The notes below the pieces were generated by a model. That model made no database searches, was not told the origin of the DNA, and saw only the letters and a list, made by a program, of their open reading frames with translations. The translations under genes were made by a program, and so were the position numbers. Of a stretch of 55,133 nt of DNA, positions 23,491 to 36,121 are shown in pieces. Positions within the stretch are counted from its first letter, which is position 1; every line of letters starts with the position of its first letter. The stretch comes from Chiloscyllium plagiosum (lineage: Eukaryota). Where the stretch lies: contig NC_057749.1 in assembly GCF_004010195.1 (NCBI RefSeq), positions 19,801,946 to 19,857,078 of the forward strand, read 5' to 3'.

Positions 23491-24751
23491 CCTTTTAGAA
23501 GATGTTTAATATCACTTACTCTCAGCACTTATTCCCTGGTCCTCGTCATTATAGATTATTGTTCTTAAAACTGTAAACCACAAAAAAGACCTCACAAATT
23601 ATAAACTAGAAAACAAAGGAAAAAGTGAAGCAAAAAGAAGAGATTGATGTAATTTTAACTCCATAAATATAAGATGTTCCCTGACTGTTCCCCTCCTGTT
23701 AAACACTTGTTTAATTGACATTATGTTAAAAATAGCTGGTGAGACTGGTGGGATATCACCATGAACTCTTCTGCATGAGGCCTGGACCATTTTAACATCT
23801 GAGTCTTAATCTACCTGTTAATTAATTTATTGTTTACTACCTGATGCCAGTGCAAACGACTAAAGAACCAGAAATTAGGCTGAGCTTTTCCTGTTGATCC
23901 TCTTGTCTGCGTTTTATAGTCTTGTCACACTCACTCCCTGCTGAGTTAAGATCAGGGGGTTGTAGTCAGGTCCCAGCATCAGATGATTCCATGCACAACC
24001 TAAAACCAGAAATACCAACATAACTCAAAGAAACAGGCTCAAAAAATAAAAATGCCTTTGAAGTGATAATCATGTATGGCAATGTTAAAGAGGACTACCA
24101 GTGGTAAGATCATTCATAGCCAATATGGAAGTCCCATTGGCAAAGACAATTGAATCAAAACACAAACTGTCACAGGAATGTGAGACTGATAATTTAGGAC
24201 TGTTAACAATTTCCACAGCACAAACAGCACAGTCAAATGGCAGGTGTAAATTATTGTCTGTCCTTGAGGGATTCCTGAAGTAAGCTCTGGTCTGTCTAAG
24301 AACTTAGTTCCCTGCCAAACCCAAGTGAAAAGCATTAATTAAGAGAGAGATTTTCTGGATAATATTTGTGCTGAGGCACAAGATATAATTTTGCCAAAGG
24401 GAGTAGTTGAGGCGGTAATCTTAAGGGACAAAATGTCTAAATAGTTATGGTAAAAGGGGACAAGAGGGGCAGTAGGATTAGCTTTACAAAGGGTCAGTAC
24501 AGCCACAGTGCGCTGAATGGCCCTATCTGTGTTCTAAATGACAAAGCCAGGGAATACTAAGAACTATGTGCAGAAGCCAAGATTATTTAAAACCTCAGAC
24601 TTTAATCACTATTGGTAATCTTGTGTTTAAGCATAAATGCAGCATTTTCTAATTGAAGATGTTCAGCTTTGCTGATTTTTTGAGTTTTTTTGATGTGCTA
24701 TCAAACCTCCTTTAAATAAGCTGCCCTGCTTTATCTATTCTTTCCTGGTAG

Positions 24752-24902
24752 GTTCGCTGCTCGAACAAACAGTGGTGGTGCTTTGGTTCTTGTTACCCTG
24801 GTAACCAAAGAAGGCGGAGCTGCTCAGCTAACGATTAACTGTGAGAAGATGGTGATTGGCACGATGATGGTGAAAGACATAATGCAGGCACTGACTCAGT
24901 GA
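24752..24902 (+). CDS. ap3b2: ap3b2 last coding exon ([49 protein letters not shown])
   Basis: Acceptor tttcctggtag| and TGA at 24900-24902. The C-terminus [16 protein letters not shown] fits AP3B2 rather than AP3B1. Confidence 0.96.
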
Positions 24903-25094
24903 TGCAGCTGATTTGTCTCTCCTTCTGACATGGAGGGGTTGGGGTTTGAGAGTCGTCTCTCACTCTGCTCTTACAGCCTCTGCAACCCCTCACAGCGCCT
25001 GGCCACTCAAGAAACCACTGGCTGCAGGAGAAACAGCCCAACTGAAATATAAGGCATTCACTTAGTTACGACTGAAGCTTCTCCAATATCCAAA

Positions 25095-25510
25095 AACGTA
25101 AGGAGCAGGAATAGGCTATTTGGTTTTTTGAGCCGGTTCCATTATTCTCTACAATCATGGCTGATCTGATTGTGTCCTTGACTCCACTTTCCTGTCTCCA
25201 CAATCCCTCCCCACCAACCCTAAAAGGCCTGACCTCCCACTACTCCTTGGAGACAAGAAATCCTAATTTTCAATTTGTGTCCCTTAGTTCTAATCTCCAC
25301 CACATGGGGACAAAATCCATTCAGCATCCACTCTATCAAAGTCCCTCAGAATCCAATTTCAATAAGATCAACTTTCATTCTGCTAAACTCCAATGACTTC
25401 AGGCCTAAATATCTGTCCAATATTTCCTCATAAGACAACTCTTTTATTGCAGGAGTCACTTGAGTGATTCATTTCTTACTGCTTCCAGCACAATGATATT
25501 CTTTCTTAAA
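25095..25510 (-). mobile_element. CR1 3' fragment in the putative ap3b2 3' UTR
   Basis: CR1-type tail (taaggagcaggaataggctatt...atcatggctgatctg...ttcctcataagacaac). Confidence 0.65.
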
Positions 25511-27202
25511 TGTCATGTGTGGTGAGATCCTGATTAACTTGCTGAAGGATGACTGAATTCTTCACAGTGTTGTCTTCTAAAAGTTGAGGAACTAGCTCTT
25601 TGTCCTGCCCCACCCCACCCCACTGAAGAATTTGATACTGCTTCAATTTTTATTGGTTATTAGGGCCCCTGTATCAGAGAATTTCCATTTCTGTGTAAAA
25701 CAACATGAAGTCAATGTTTTACTTGATCAATTTTAATAACTCTTTAATAATTCACTTTTGGAATTCCATCTCTAAACCACTCTGGCTCTCTTACCTCCAG
25801 TAATACCTTCCTCTTTTTACCAGGCTTTTAATGATTCTGTCCCACTGCTTACTTGATCTTCTGCACTGGTTTCACTTTAACAGCGATATTCAGTCTCCTG
25901 GGTTGGTCTCCTATAAAAAATGGTTGCCTATCCAATATATATTAAATTGAACCTAAACCATCAGCAAACAAAAATGCAGCACCTCAGTTTCATAAGACGT
26001 TTTGCTTGACAATCCTAAAATACTGCATGACATTGTAAGAATCAATATTTTCCAGTTTGCTAGTAAAGTTTTTTTTTAGAAATGCTTTTTATAGTAACAA
26101 CTTTTAACAATGTTACTACATTTATGGAGGGCATATTTTTGGAAACCAGTATTTCTCCATTTTTTTCTGGGATTGAGAATTCCTCACTGTTCTCCCCAGG
26201 CAGCAGCCAGTGAAGCAAGCTTCAGGCTTGTACTGGGACAGGAAATGGTGAGATATTGTGGGTACTTGCATTGTCTCTGAAATACTTCCTTGGTTATACT
26301 GGAAGAGTCATACTGGAGACAAAACATTAAGTCTGGTTCTCTCTCCACAATTATGCCAGACCTGCTGAGTTAGCTTGCAGATCTTTGTGTTTGTTTGGGA
26401 TGTCAACATCTGTAGTATTTTGCTTGTATCCTTGATACCTCCTTGAATAGTTGATGGTCAGCAGCCATCTGAACTGCTTTGAAAGAGGAAGGATCCACCC
26501 ATCAAAGTTAGATCTGAGGGAGAGAGCCCAGCATTGAGACAGGACAATAGGAAATGCTCCAAGTGTGAATCTGGAGAATGAAGGAACTAGATATAGAGGA
26601 ATTATGTTTGCGTGGAGACTGTAAGCAATTGTTCCAAATGGCCCTGGACAGGATTTGTGCTTGGACCTGAGAGAGGTCAAAAAGAAGGTGATGACATAGC
26701 GACATTTTAGAACAGTAATTCAGAGACTCAGTCTAATGCTGTGGCATCAAGGGCTCAAATCCCACCACAGCAGCTGGTGAAATTTTAAATTCAATTTTAA
26801 AATCTGGAATTGAAAGCTAGTCACAGTAATGGTGACCATGAAATTAACATTAATTCTTATCAGAACCCAACTGATTCACTAATGTCCTTTAGGGAAGAAA
26901 ATCTGCCATCCTTATGTGATCTGACACACAGTAGTGTGGTTGATTCTCGACTGCTGTCTGAAATGGCCTAAAACACTCACTTCAAGGAAATTTAGAACCA
27001 GTGATGTCCACATCCCAAGAAAGAGTAAAGAAAATAAATCTGAACTATTAGATAATTCATTGGAGACAATTAAGCCACAGTTAAAGGACAATCATGTATG
27101 TGCAACAATTTCATTCCATGAAAGAACTTTTTAAAAAAAGACTAAGGCTTGTAGTAATCACTTTTATTGATAACACAAACAGTCATGTGGCTCCAGTTGG
27201 CC

Positions 27203-27316
27203 AATAAAGTGTTTGGCATGAAGGAGTTAAGGATCATACAATTTTAAAAGCCAAATAGGTTTCCAATGAGAGCTTAATTTATCCAAAAAAATTCCCAAGT
27301 CTATATTTTTAATAAA
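27203..27316 (+). terminator. Candidate polyadenylation signals for ap3b2 (AATAAA at 27203 and 27311; also AATAAA at 27033 and ATTAAA at 25941)
   Basis: Canonical hexamers 1-2.4 kb downstream of the stop codon. The sequence alone cannot show which one is used. Confidence 0.35.
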
Positions 27317-28740
27317 ATAATAGTCAATCACTTCTGATGTTTCACAAAGCTGTCAAAACCTTTAGCTGAAGGTGTAATCTTTAGCTGAAGTGGGCCTACT
27401 GAAAGACATTCATTGGATCAAGTCATTCAGTTCAGTCCTCATTTGAGAGTGATACCCTTTATTCTCTTTTAATCTATACAGTAAATTCATCTGTCTTTGT
27501 AAATGTCACATTGTAATTGGAACTCGCTGAGCTGCAGCCTCCACCCGAGAGAATGTAAATGCAACCTAAGAAACCACAAAGACATCAACTCTATGTTAAA
27601 CTTTGTAACTGCTGTCTCACATGTTATTTTAAAACTCAGAAATGAAATTGGAATGTCCTCACCAGGTATAAATTTGGGCAAAATTTATGGACACCCTGGA
27701 TTGCCCAAGCATCAGGAACTCCTCTTGTCCTTGCTGATTGATCCAAAGGAATATGGGGTGCAGGTTTGGCACTGACTTAGGTATAGGACTTGGTGGAAAG
27801 ATGATGTAATTAGAAGCCTTTGACCTTCATTCCAGGTTTTTTGGTTATGGTTTACAACATTAACTTTCAATCTTGCTGAGGTATCATCCAGGCTGTGGAC
27901 CTATTCTCCCATGTTTGGGAGTTTGGTTCATGAATGCCAGGGTATGTGCTGGAGGGCCTGCACACTGTTGTCCATGCGGGCTAAACTTCCAGGTATCACT
28001 GAAGCTTTAATCTGTGACCATGACTGACCCACTTTCATTGTATCGACACAAGGACCTTCAGCAGAGCATTTGCTGATGGAAACTTTGCCCTAATATGGGG
28101 AGACTTAACACGTTTGGCTCTCCCTTTTGCATTGCTGTTAGCCAGTGGTGTGGGCTGAAAATGAGAAGTAGAGACACGCAAAAAGCGAAAAAAAATTAAC
28201 TCCCACCCACAAACTACACACATGACATCAACCTTTTGGATACTCCTCCATAGACAATTCCCATTGAAAATGTGGATTTATGTAATAATAATTTAGAGAT
28301 AGTTGTGTTTAGAAAACCCGCCACCCCTTTCTGAAAAAACGTTCCCACACTATTCTCATCCATTCTTGGTACAAGACTGAAAATGTTCATTTCTTGCACT
28401 TCTTAAATTACATGTAATTTATGCTGAAACAGAAAACATGCAACCATAATGTCTCTCTGGGTAAAGTTTTTAAGCACTTGACTAATAGGGCTTTCTGGAA
28501 ATTATAAGTTTAACTGCACAAAGCTGATCATTATAAAAACGACTGAAAGTTAAAATGGAGTGTTGGCCACTTGAGATTCCATTTGCAAAGGAAACAAATT
28601 TGTGCTTTGGTTCTCATTCCCAATAATGTGGTACTTATTCTCAGCACAAACTTATTAAGCCTTATCATGGAATCATAGAACAGCACTGCACAGAAACAGA
28701 CCATTCAGCCCATCTGGTTTTCACTGTCTGTCTTGAAGAG

Positions 28741-29369
28741 GGTTGGACAAAGTTAAAAATCAGATAACACCAGGTTATAGTACAACAGGTTTATTTGGAA
28801 GCACTAGCTTTCCAAGCGCTGCTTCTTCATCAGGTGGTTGTGGAGCAGAATCATACGACACAGAATTCAAAGCAACAGAATTGCAGTGTCATGGAATGTA
28901 ATGTTAAACAAATTTAGCTTGAGTCTTTCATCTTTTAGAATGATCATGTTAGTTTTGGTTTCTTCAAATGTAAATCCCAGAACTTTTTTTAAAGTTACAT
29001 TCTCAAGATAACTTTTAACTATAGGTGCCATCTCAGCTCAGACAATGCATTGAAGGTGTGAAGTTAAAGTCTGTCTGTGTCCCAATTTAGGTCAGACTGA
29101 TTCTATTTCTAAAGTGGGATTTACAGAATCTTACATGAATTATGAAGTTTTTGAGCAAAATAAAATGTAATTCTGCAAGTACAAATTCACCCCACAAAGT
29201 TATATATGTGTGTGTGTGCTGTATCGTACGATTTTGCTCCACAACCACCTGATGAAGAAGCAGTGCTATGCAAGCTAATGCCTCCAAAATAAACCTGTTG
29301 GACTATAACCTGGTGTTGTGTGATTTTTAACTTTGTCCACGCCAGTCCAGCACAGCTCCTCCAAATCAG
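28741..29369. mobile_element. Penelope-derived element with inverted pLTR arms (second family)
   Basis: 11-bp TSD gtcttgaagag at 28730-28740 and 29370-29380. About 105-bp inverted arms (28745-28850 / 29235-29339). Confidence 0.85.
28802..28836 (-). ncRNA. Minimal type I hammerhead ribozyme
   Basis: Minus strand reads CAC-CUGAUGA-AG-AAGC-agc-GCUU-G-GAAA-GCUA-GUG: stem I CAC/GUG, stem II AAGC/GCUU, palindromic AGCU stem III and a CUA cleavage triplet. Confidence 0.7.
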
Positions 29370-29764
29370 GTCTTGAAGAGCAATGCAATTTGCACCCTAT
29401 TCCTCCATTTCCCTGATTTATTTTGGTTTCTCAAAAAAACAGAGCAAGATATAAAAGACTTTTTTCAATGACTTCACCATTCAATTTATTTTCCGGCATC
29501 CAGAGTTCTGTATTGAGGGAACAACGTCAGGAAAAGAAGGCAATTCAGTCTCTCAAGCTTGCTGCAACATTGGATCAGATCTATATCACCAACTTTGCTT
29601 TAAAAATTCCTGAGTGCTTTGTCGAACAAAAAACCGAATGCTCTCTGTCTTCAAAATTTCCATCACGCTCAAAATCTACATTGTTCACAGAGGAAGGAAG
29701 TTTCCAATTTCCACCTGTGTGTCTGTCTATGTGAGTGCACGTGTGTGTGTCTACATTTCTGTGT

Positions 29765-29960
29765 GTGTCAGTTAGCTCAGTTGGCTGGTTTGCAATGTAG
29801 AGTATTGCCAACAAGCACAGGTTCAATTCATACACCAGCTGAGTTTACCATAAAGGACTCTCTTTCTCAACATCTCCCTTTGCCTGAGGTGTGGTACCTT
29901 GCAGGTTACGTCACCTCTCTCTCTCTCTCTTTAGTTAGAGAGCAGACTGTGGTGACATTA
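29765..29960 (+). mobile_element. tRNA-derived SINE (second copy ~33565-33770)
   Basis: A box tagctcagttgg, B box ggttcaattc, and shared body gttaccat.aaggactct...ctgaggtgtggtaccct. Confidence 0.65.
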
Positions 29961-31021
29961 CCTTTTATTGTCTGTCTGTCCATGTGGGTGGAAATTGTTT
30001 CTCTGATTTCACTATTTAATGGCATGACTCTAATATTCAGGTTTTGACGTAGAACTAGTAAGGGAAAGTGTGTGTGACTGTATGTGGTGCACACGTGTGT
30101 GTGATTGTCATCCTTCACCTTTCCCTATACTGATGGACAGAGACCATTCAGAAGTCTGTTTTCAAAATGTTATGTATGAGATAACATTGTGGGTGAAAAT
30201 TTCTGCACTTCCCGCCCCCACAAAAATAGGTCAATGTGAGAAATATCAATAGCTGTTCCATTCCTCAACATCATGGTTCCATGTCTGACCTGCCTGAAGA
30301 TTTCACATTTCTCTCTCTTCATGTTGCTCAATGAATTTGGTCAGAACCAGTTTGTTTATAGCAACCCTACTCCTGTTTCCAACACTGCTGGGCTCATGGG
30401 AATTTTGCTCTCGCTTTGTCATTCATTATGTAGGATAAGACAATTGTCCCTGTGCACCATCCCTTCCAAAGATTTCACTCCAACATGCCCTTAGCATTTC
30501 CTGAAATCATGGTTAAAGTTCACTAGAATTACACACTGCAGTGAGATAATGCGAAAATACTGACAGTTATAAAATCCTGATTTCCCCATTTTCCTCTAAG
30601 AGTGAGAGGGAGGCCCGATTCTTATGCAGTTCACTGTGTTTAATTTGTAACTAGTTCTTTGTTGCTTTGCCAGTGGTATCCTTCCAGTGGCAATGTTTAC
30701 TTGTTACATCGCTGTCAACCCCAACTGCTTGGGCAGATTAATTTATTGCACAAAAACGTCAAGTAAAAAGCTGCTGAGAAACTCGAAACCTTGTTCATCT
30801 CTGATGTTTATTCATTGTTGTGGGTTTGTTTCTGTATCTTCAACTATATTTACACAACTGCCCCATAAACCAAGCTGAATCAGATCGCTGCTCTAGTTCA
30901 ACAGTGTGTTATTTACAACTGTGGTTCATTACAAAAGTGGATAGCACGTCAAAAGTACTTGGTCGGCTGAAGGACACCCTGCGATTGTAAAAGTGCTGTT
31001 CAATGCAGCTACTTCCTTGTG

Positions 31022-31528
31022 GAGAAAGTGAGTACTGCAGATGCTGGAGATCAGAGTCGAGTGTGGTGCTGGAAAAGCACAGCAGGTCAGGCAGCATCCG
31101 AGGAGCGGAGGAATCGACATTTCGGGCATAAGCACTTCATCAGGAATGAGGCTTGTGGGCCGGGGATATCTATTGCATTATCAGATACCTTCCCCCCACA
31201 GGCCCATCCCCCTCTCATTTGTCTCTCAGACGCCCGGCCCCTAGTGTTGAGAATGTGGTGTTGGAAAAGCACAGCAGGTCAGGCAGCATCTGAGGAACAG
31301 GAGCATTGACGTTTCGGACATAAGCCCTTCATCAGGAATGAGGCTTGTGGACCGGGGATATCTATTGCATTATCAGATACCTTCCCCCCCCCCAGGCCAT
31401 CCCCCACTCATTTGTCTCTCAGACGCCCGGCCCACAAGCCTCATTCATGATGTCCGAAATGTCAATGCTCCTGCTCCTCGGATGCTGCCTGACCTGCTCT
31501 GCTTTTCCAGCACCACACTCTCAACACT
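31022..31528. mobile_element. Penelope-derived composite: two direct ~192-bp units plus an inverted arm, with tandem hammerhead cores at 31116-31143 and 31308-31335 (minus)
   Basis: 15-bp TSD agctacttcct(t/c)gtg at 31007-31021 and 31529-31543. The direct and inverted repeats can be read in the sequence. Confidence 0.85.
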
Positions 31529-32324
31529 AGCTACTTCCTCGTGTCAAGAGCAAGTTCCATGCCCAAGGTATATCACCAAATTCCAGATCTCAGACCAACC
31601 CGTTGAAAGAAGCTGATTAACCACTAGATGTTGCCTTCAGTAAAAAATATCTGGAGATTTGCTTCTGGAGAATGGGGCTATGGTTGAGGGGCATTGGGGC
31701 TCAGCCTTAATTTGGAATAGGTTTGTCTCTTCAATGTAAATTCAGAAGAGGGAGGCCTGAACTTAACCATCTGAAAGGGGTCATGGTTAAAAATAAGAAG
31801 TCTTCCATTTAAAATGAAGATGAGGAAATTTTTTTTCCATGCTGTGGATGTTTGGAATTATGTACCTCCAGAGAGTGGGGGAAGCTGACTTGTTGATTCT
31901 TTTTAAAGCAGACACAATATGCATCCCAAAAGCATCTACTACTTCTTTCCCATATAATAGCTCTAAATTAAATGTGGCCTTAAGCTAGAGATTCCATATA
32001 CATTTGCAGTGAATTCATTTAGTTCAACAATGTCAACCTTTCCTGGTTCTCAGTCAGCTAAATGTTCCTTGTTGGCAGGTTTGCAACTGTTCTTTGCTGC
32101 CTCCAACACTACCCTCTCTCCCTGCCCCTTGCAGCTTACCATTTGCAGATTCTCTCCCACACCTTGAGTCACTTCATCCCACCTCTCCTGCAACCTCCAT
32201 CTCTCCTGCCTCCCTTTTAGCATCTTTTTTCAGATTGGTGCACTCCACGATTGAATTTTCCAAGTGATTTGGTAGTTTTCAAGGGCAGATTGACATGTTA
32301 CCCCCATGTATTTTTAGTGCTGAT

Positions 32325-32395
32325 AATGCACACACATGCGCATGCAGTCATTCACAAACACATATAAACACACACATGTGCACACACACAAACAC
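32325..32395. repeat. Imperfect (CA)n microsatellite
   Basis: gcacacacatgcgc...acacacacatgtgcacacacacaaacac. Confidence 0.6.
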
Positions 32396-34859
32396 CTTCT
32401 GTTAGCAATGGATACTGAAATAATTTGGAGTACGCCAGAATGGGAATAGTGACTGATGCTGGGATCCTCCTGATCTCTAGACCAGGACTACTTTTACTTG
32501 TTCAACCTTCAACAGAGTATGAAAATGGATATTCATGAAACATAATATAGTTCATTCAGACCTTATCAACATTAAGTACGCATAATGAATAATAAAATTC
32601 TCACATTGTGGATACCTTGTTCCCCTGTAAATCTGATAACGTTTAGTGTAGTTAAGGTGCTGAGTAAAAACTTCTTATTTGCGTTATACAGTTAATTTCC
32701 CAAGATTACTGTAATCTATTGGTGCCTGTAATGTTTTTCTCTTAAACTATCTGAGGTCAAATACAATGCAGATTATCATAAAATTGCTCTTGCCCCCTCT
32801 GCCCACTGTGTATGTGCTGGCCCACTGCAAAAGCAATTCACCAAGAACCACTCGCCTGTCTTCCCAAAACCAAACAGAATATTTTTCGTTGATAATTATC
32901 CAACTCTTTTGGAAATCATGATTGAATGTACCTCCACCACAGTCTCAGGCACACGCTCCAAATCCTAATCACTTGTTGTGCTGCCATGACACTGTTTATT
33001 CATTTGCCAATCACCTTTAATTGGTATCCCCTATTTTCAAATCTTACACTAGATGCAATGCAATGTCTGATTTCCTGTACACTGGGCACTGGTAATGCTA
33101 CCTTTTTATTCTCTGGCATCAAAGAAATGGTCATTTATGACACTCAGTTTACAAACACTGTCCAACTTTCTGTCAGGGGATCTGCAGCTCCTGACTTTTA
33201 AGGACACAAGCCATTCGTTTAAGCAAAATTCCACCATTTGTAGGGGACGGGATTTGTTCTTCGAGAACCTTACAAAATGGCAATCACGTTTATAATGAGA
33301 GACAATCGGGTCAGTTCCAACTATCCAAAAGATTGATACGGTATACAGTAGATGATAAAAAGCAAGAAAGATGAACTACTGAAAACATTGTTTAACAAAA
33401 TAATGAATATATAAAATTTGTCACAGTCACCCTTACCACAAGACTGTACAATAGAATGTGATAATTGTAACAATAATAAATACCCACATGCAAACACTCT
33501 CCAATAACCACACCTAAGGAGACGACACTTATACAATGCATACTTTCTAATCCTGGAGAGGGTTGGCTAGTTCAGTTGGCCCGACTGTTGGCTTGTGATA
33601 CAGAGTGCTGCCAGCACAGGTTCAATTCCCAAACTGATTGAGGTTACCATGAAGGACTCTACTCAACCTTTCCCGTCATCTGAGGTGTGGTACCCTCAGG
33701 TTAAATGACCACTTTCCATAATTAGAGATCAGCTCTAGGGTTTGGTAAGACTATTGTGTGTAAGACTCTACTTCTAGTCCTGGGACATATAGTAATGAGC
33801 ATTATAGACACCTGATGTATCTTAGTTTTGTTAACAATTAAGTGGCACTTTTTCACAGACACTTGCTAATTTTTTTACACTTTCTTCAAATTCCTTTTCC
33901 TGAAAACCACAGACAAGCAGAAATTAGTCCTCAGTGAGCAAAGCATAATGTTTCTTCCTAATAAGCAAATTAAGAAATGGTGTGATCTGCCCTGAGGATC
34001 TGAATTCAGTACTTTAAGGAATGGAGAGATAGTATTGTAGCAGTCATCTCATTCAACTAATAAACCGGAACCTCAAACTAATATTTTGTGGACATGAGTT
34101 GAAATCCCACCATGGCAGATAATGAAATTTAAATTGAATAAGTATCCGGAATTAAAAGATAGCCTAACGGTGACTATATAACCACTCTTGAACATTGTAA
34201 AAATCCAGTTGGTTCACTCATGTTCTTGATTTAGCCGACCTGGGACTCCGGATTCACATCATTACGATTGGTGCTCCATCCCACAAGGTAACTAGGGATG
34301 GACAATAAATGCTAACTGAGCTAGAAATGTTCACATCCCATGAAAGTGTTTTTAAAAAAGTAGGCGTAGGATTGAAATATTTTTCAATAGTGTTGACTTG
34401 ATTAAGCAAATGAGGAATTGATGTATATTCTACTTGATTGTGTTTCACTGTAAAATAGCTTTTGTAAGGAAGAAAGCCATGGCCTACCTCAAAACTAAGA
34501 TCATGGGCTTATAGTTTAATGGCTGTTTTAATGATCGAGGCTAATGTCAAAATGGCTTGAGATAAAAGACTTTTACTCAAAGACACCGCTATATTTTTAA
34601 ATGGTTTAATTTTCTACAAAATATGTAACAGGCCTATGTATATTAATGTTATATGGCTGTTTTGAGCTCTAATTTGTTTCAGACATTGTGGAATCACCCA
34701 TGGTTCTTTGAACTAAAGTATATTGATAGATTTTGGAGAACACATAGATTTATCAGTTGGGACTTTAAGGCATTATTATATACTTGAAGGTGACACTAAA
34801 TATTCAAACAAGCATGAATTGCTTTGATGCCACAGTATCTTGGTAGAGATCTATTAAAT

Positions 34860-35390
34860 TATGGATGTAGCTTTGCTCGCTGAGCTGGAAGGTTTGTTTT
34901 CAGACGTTTTGTCACTATACGAGGTAACATCACCAGTGAGCCTCTGGATGCAGCACAAAAGACATGACCCACTCTCACTAGTATCATTACATACAGATGA
35001 AGAAAGACACCACTTCAACTGGGACAACACATCCATCCTAGGACAAGCCAAACAGAGACACACACAAGAATTCCTAGAAGCATGGCATTCCAACTGGAAC
35101 TCTATCAACAAACACATTGACTTGGATCCCATTTACCACCCCCGAGAAAAAGAACAGGAAATAACATCAGCACCGGAAATGACATCACGGCCGGAAGTGC
35201 CATCACCAACCTGAAGAAACCTAAACACATAAATAGAAAACAGGCTATGCCACCAGTGCTTCATCTGGAGGCTCAGTGATGATATTACCCAGTATGGTGA
35301 CATTAATGTCTGAAAATGAACCTTACAACTCAATGAGCAAACCTACATCCAGAACCTCAACCTGAGCCGCAAATCTTCTCCAAACTCGCT
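34860..35390 (+). mobile_element. 5'-truncated Penelope element (GIY-YIG C-terminus) with an inverted pLTR, third family
   Basis: 11-bp TSD atctattaaat at 34849-34859 and 35391-35401. ORF SLVSLHTDEERHHFNWDNTSILGQAKQRHTQEFLEAWHS. Inverted arms 34863-34948 / 35263-35351 carry decayed hammerhead cores. Confidence 0.85.
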
Positions 35391-35454
35391 ATCTATTAAA
35401 TAAGCTAAGAGGGGCACGCTGTCATAAAAGGGAATGTTTGACATAGCAAGGAAC

Positions 35455-35845
35455 TCTCTGGAATTTAGAAGAATGAGGGGAGATCCAGTTGAGGTATTCA
35501 AGATGATAAAAGTATGGTTAAGTAGACATGGAACAGATGTTTCCTTTTCTGGGGCATTTTAGGATGAGACGTCGTAGTCTTAGGATAAAGGGTAGCAAAT
35601 TTAAAACAGTTGAGGAGAAGCTACTTGAGGTGAATGTATGGAATTCATTACCCCAAAGTGCAGTGGATGCTGGGACAGTGAGTAAATTTAAGGTGGAGTT
35701 AGACAGATTTTTAATTGGTAATGGGTTGTAGGGATATGGAAAGAAAGCAGGAAAATGGGGGTGAAGAGCAAATCAGCCATGATCGAATGGTGGAGCAGAT
35801 TTGATGGGCGGAATTCTACTCCTATGTCTTATGATCTTATGAACT
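35455..35845 (+). mobile_element. CR1 3' fragment
   Basis: EFRRMRGD.VEVFKMIK...VNVWNSLPQSAVDA.TVSKFK.ELDRFL and a (cttatg)n-like tail. Confidence 0.85.
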
Positions 35846-36121
35846 TATACATCAGGCGACAGTAGGAAGTGAGATCAGTAAGATGACCATTACTTTCAAA
35901 GAAGCCAGTTAGGAACTGGGCGTAGACAGTTTAGCCAAACTGAGACTGACTGCATATTATCTGTTATATTATGATAAATATATCATTGTTCCTTTAAGAA
36001 ACATGCTCATTTTATCATCACTGCAACAAACATGGGACTTGAGTGTATAAAAATCTCTCACACCATCTTACCTCAGATCACTTGAAGCATCACAATCTAC
36101 TGGAAGCATGCTCCTCTGTTA

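Noticed and set aside
26201..26248. Exon-like 48 nt (ttctccccag|...ATG|gtgaga) downstream of the ap3b2 stop
   Set aside because: No homology and no partner exon. Such splice-site pairs occur by chance.
27160..27320. CPE-like TTTTAT/TTTTAAT motifs beside AATAAA
   Set aside because: Short AT-rich motifs in an AT-rich region, and the UTR end is unknown.
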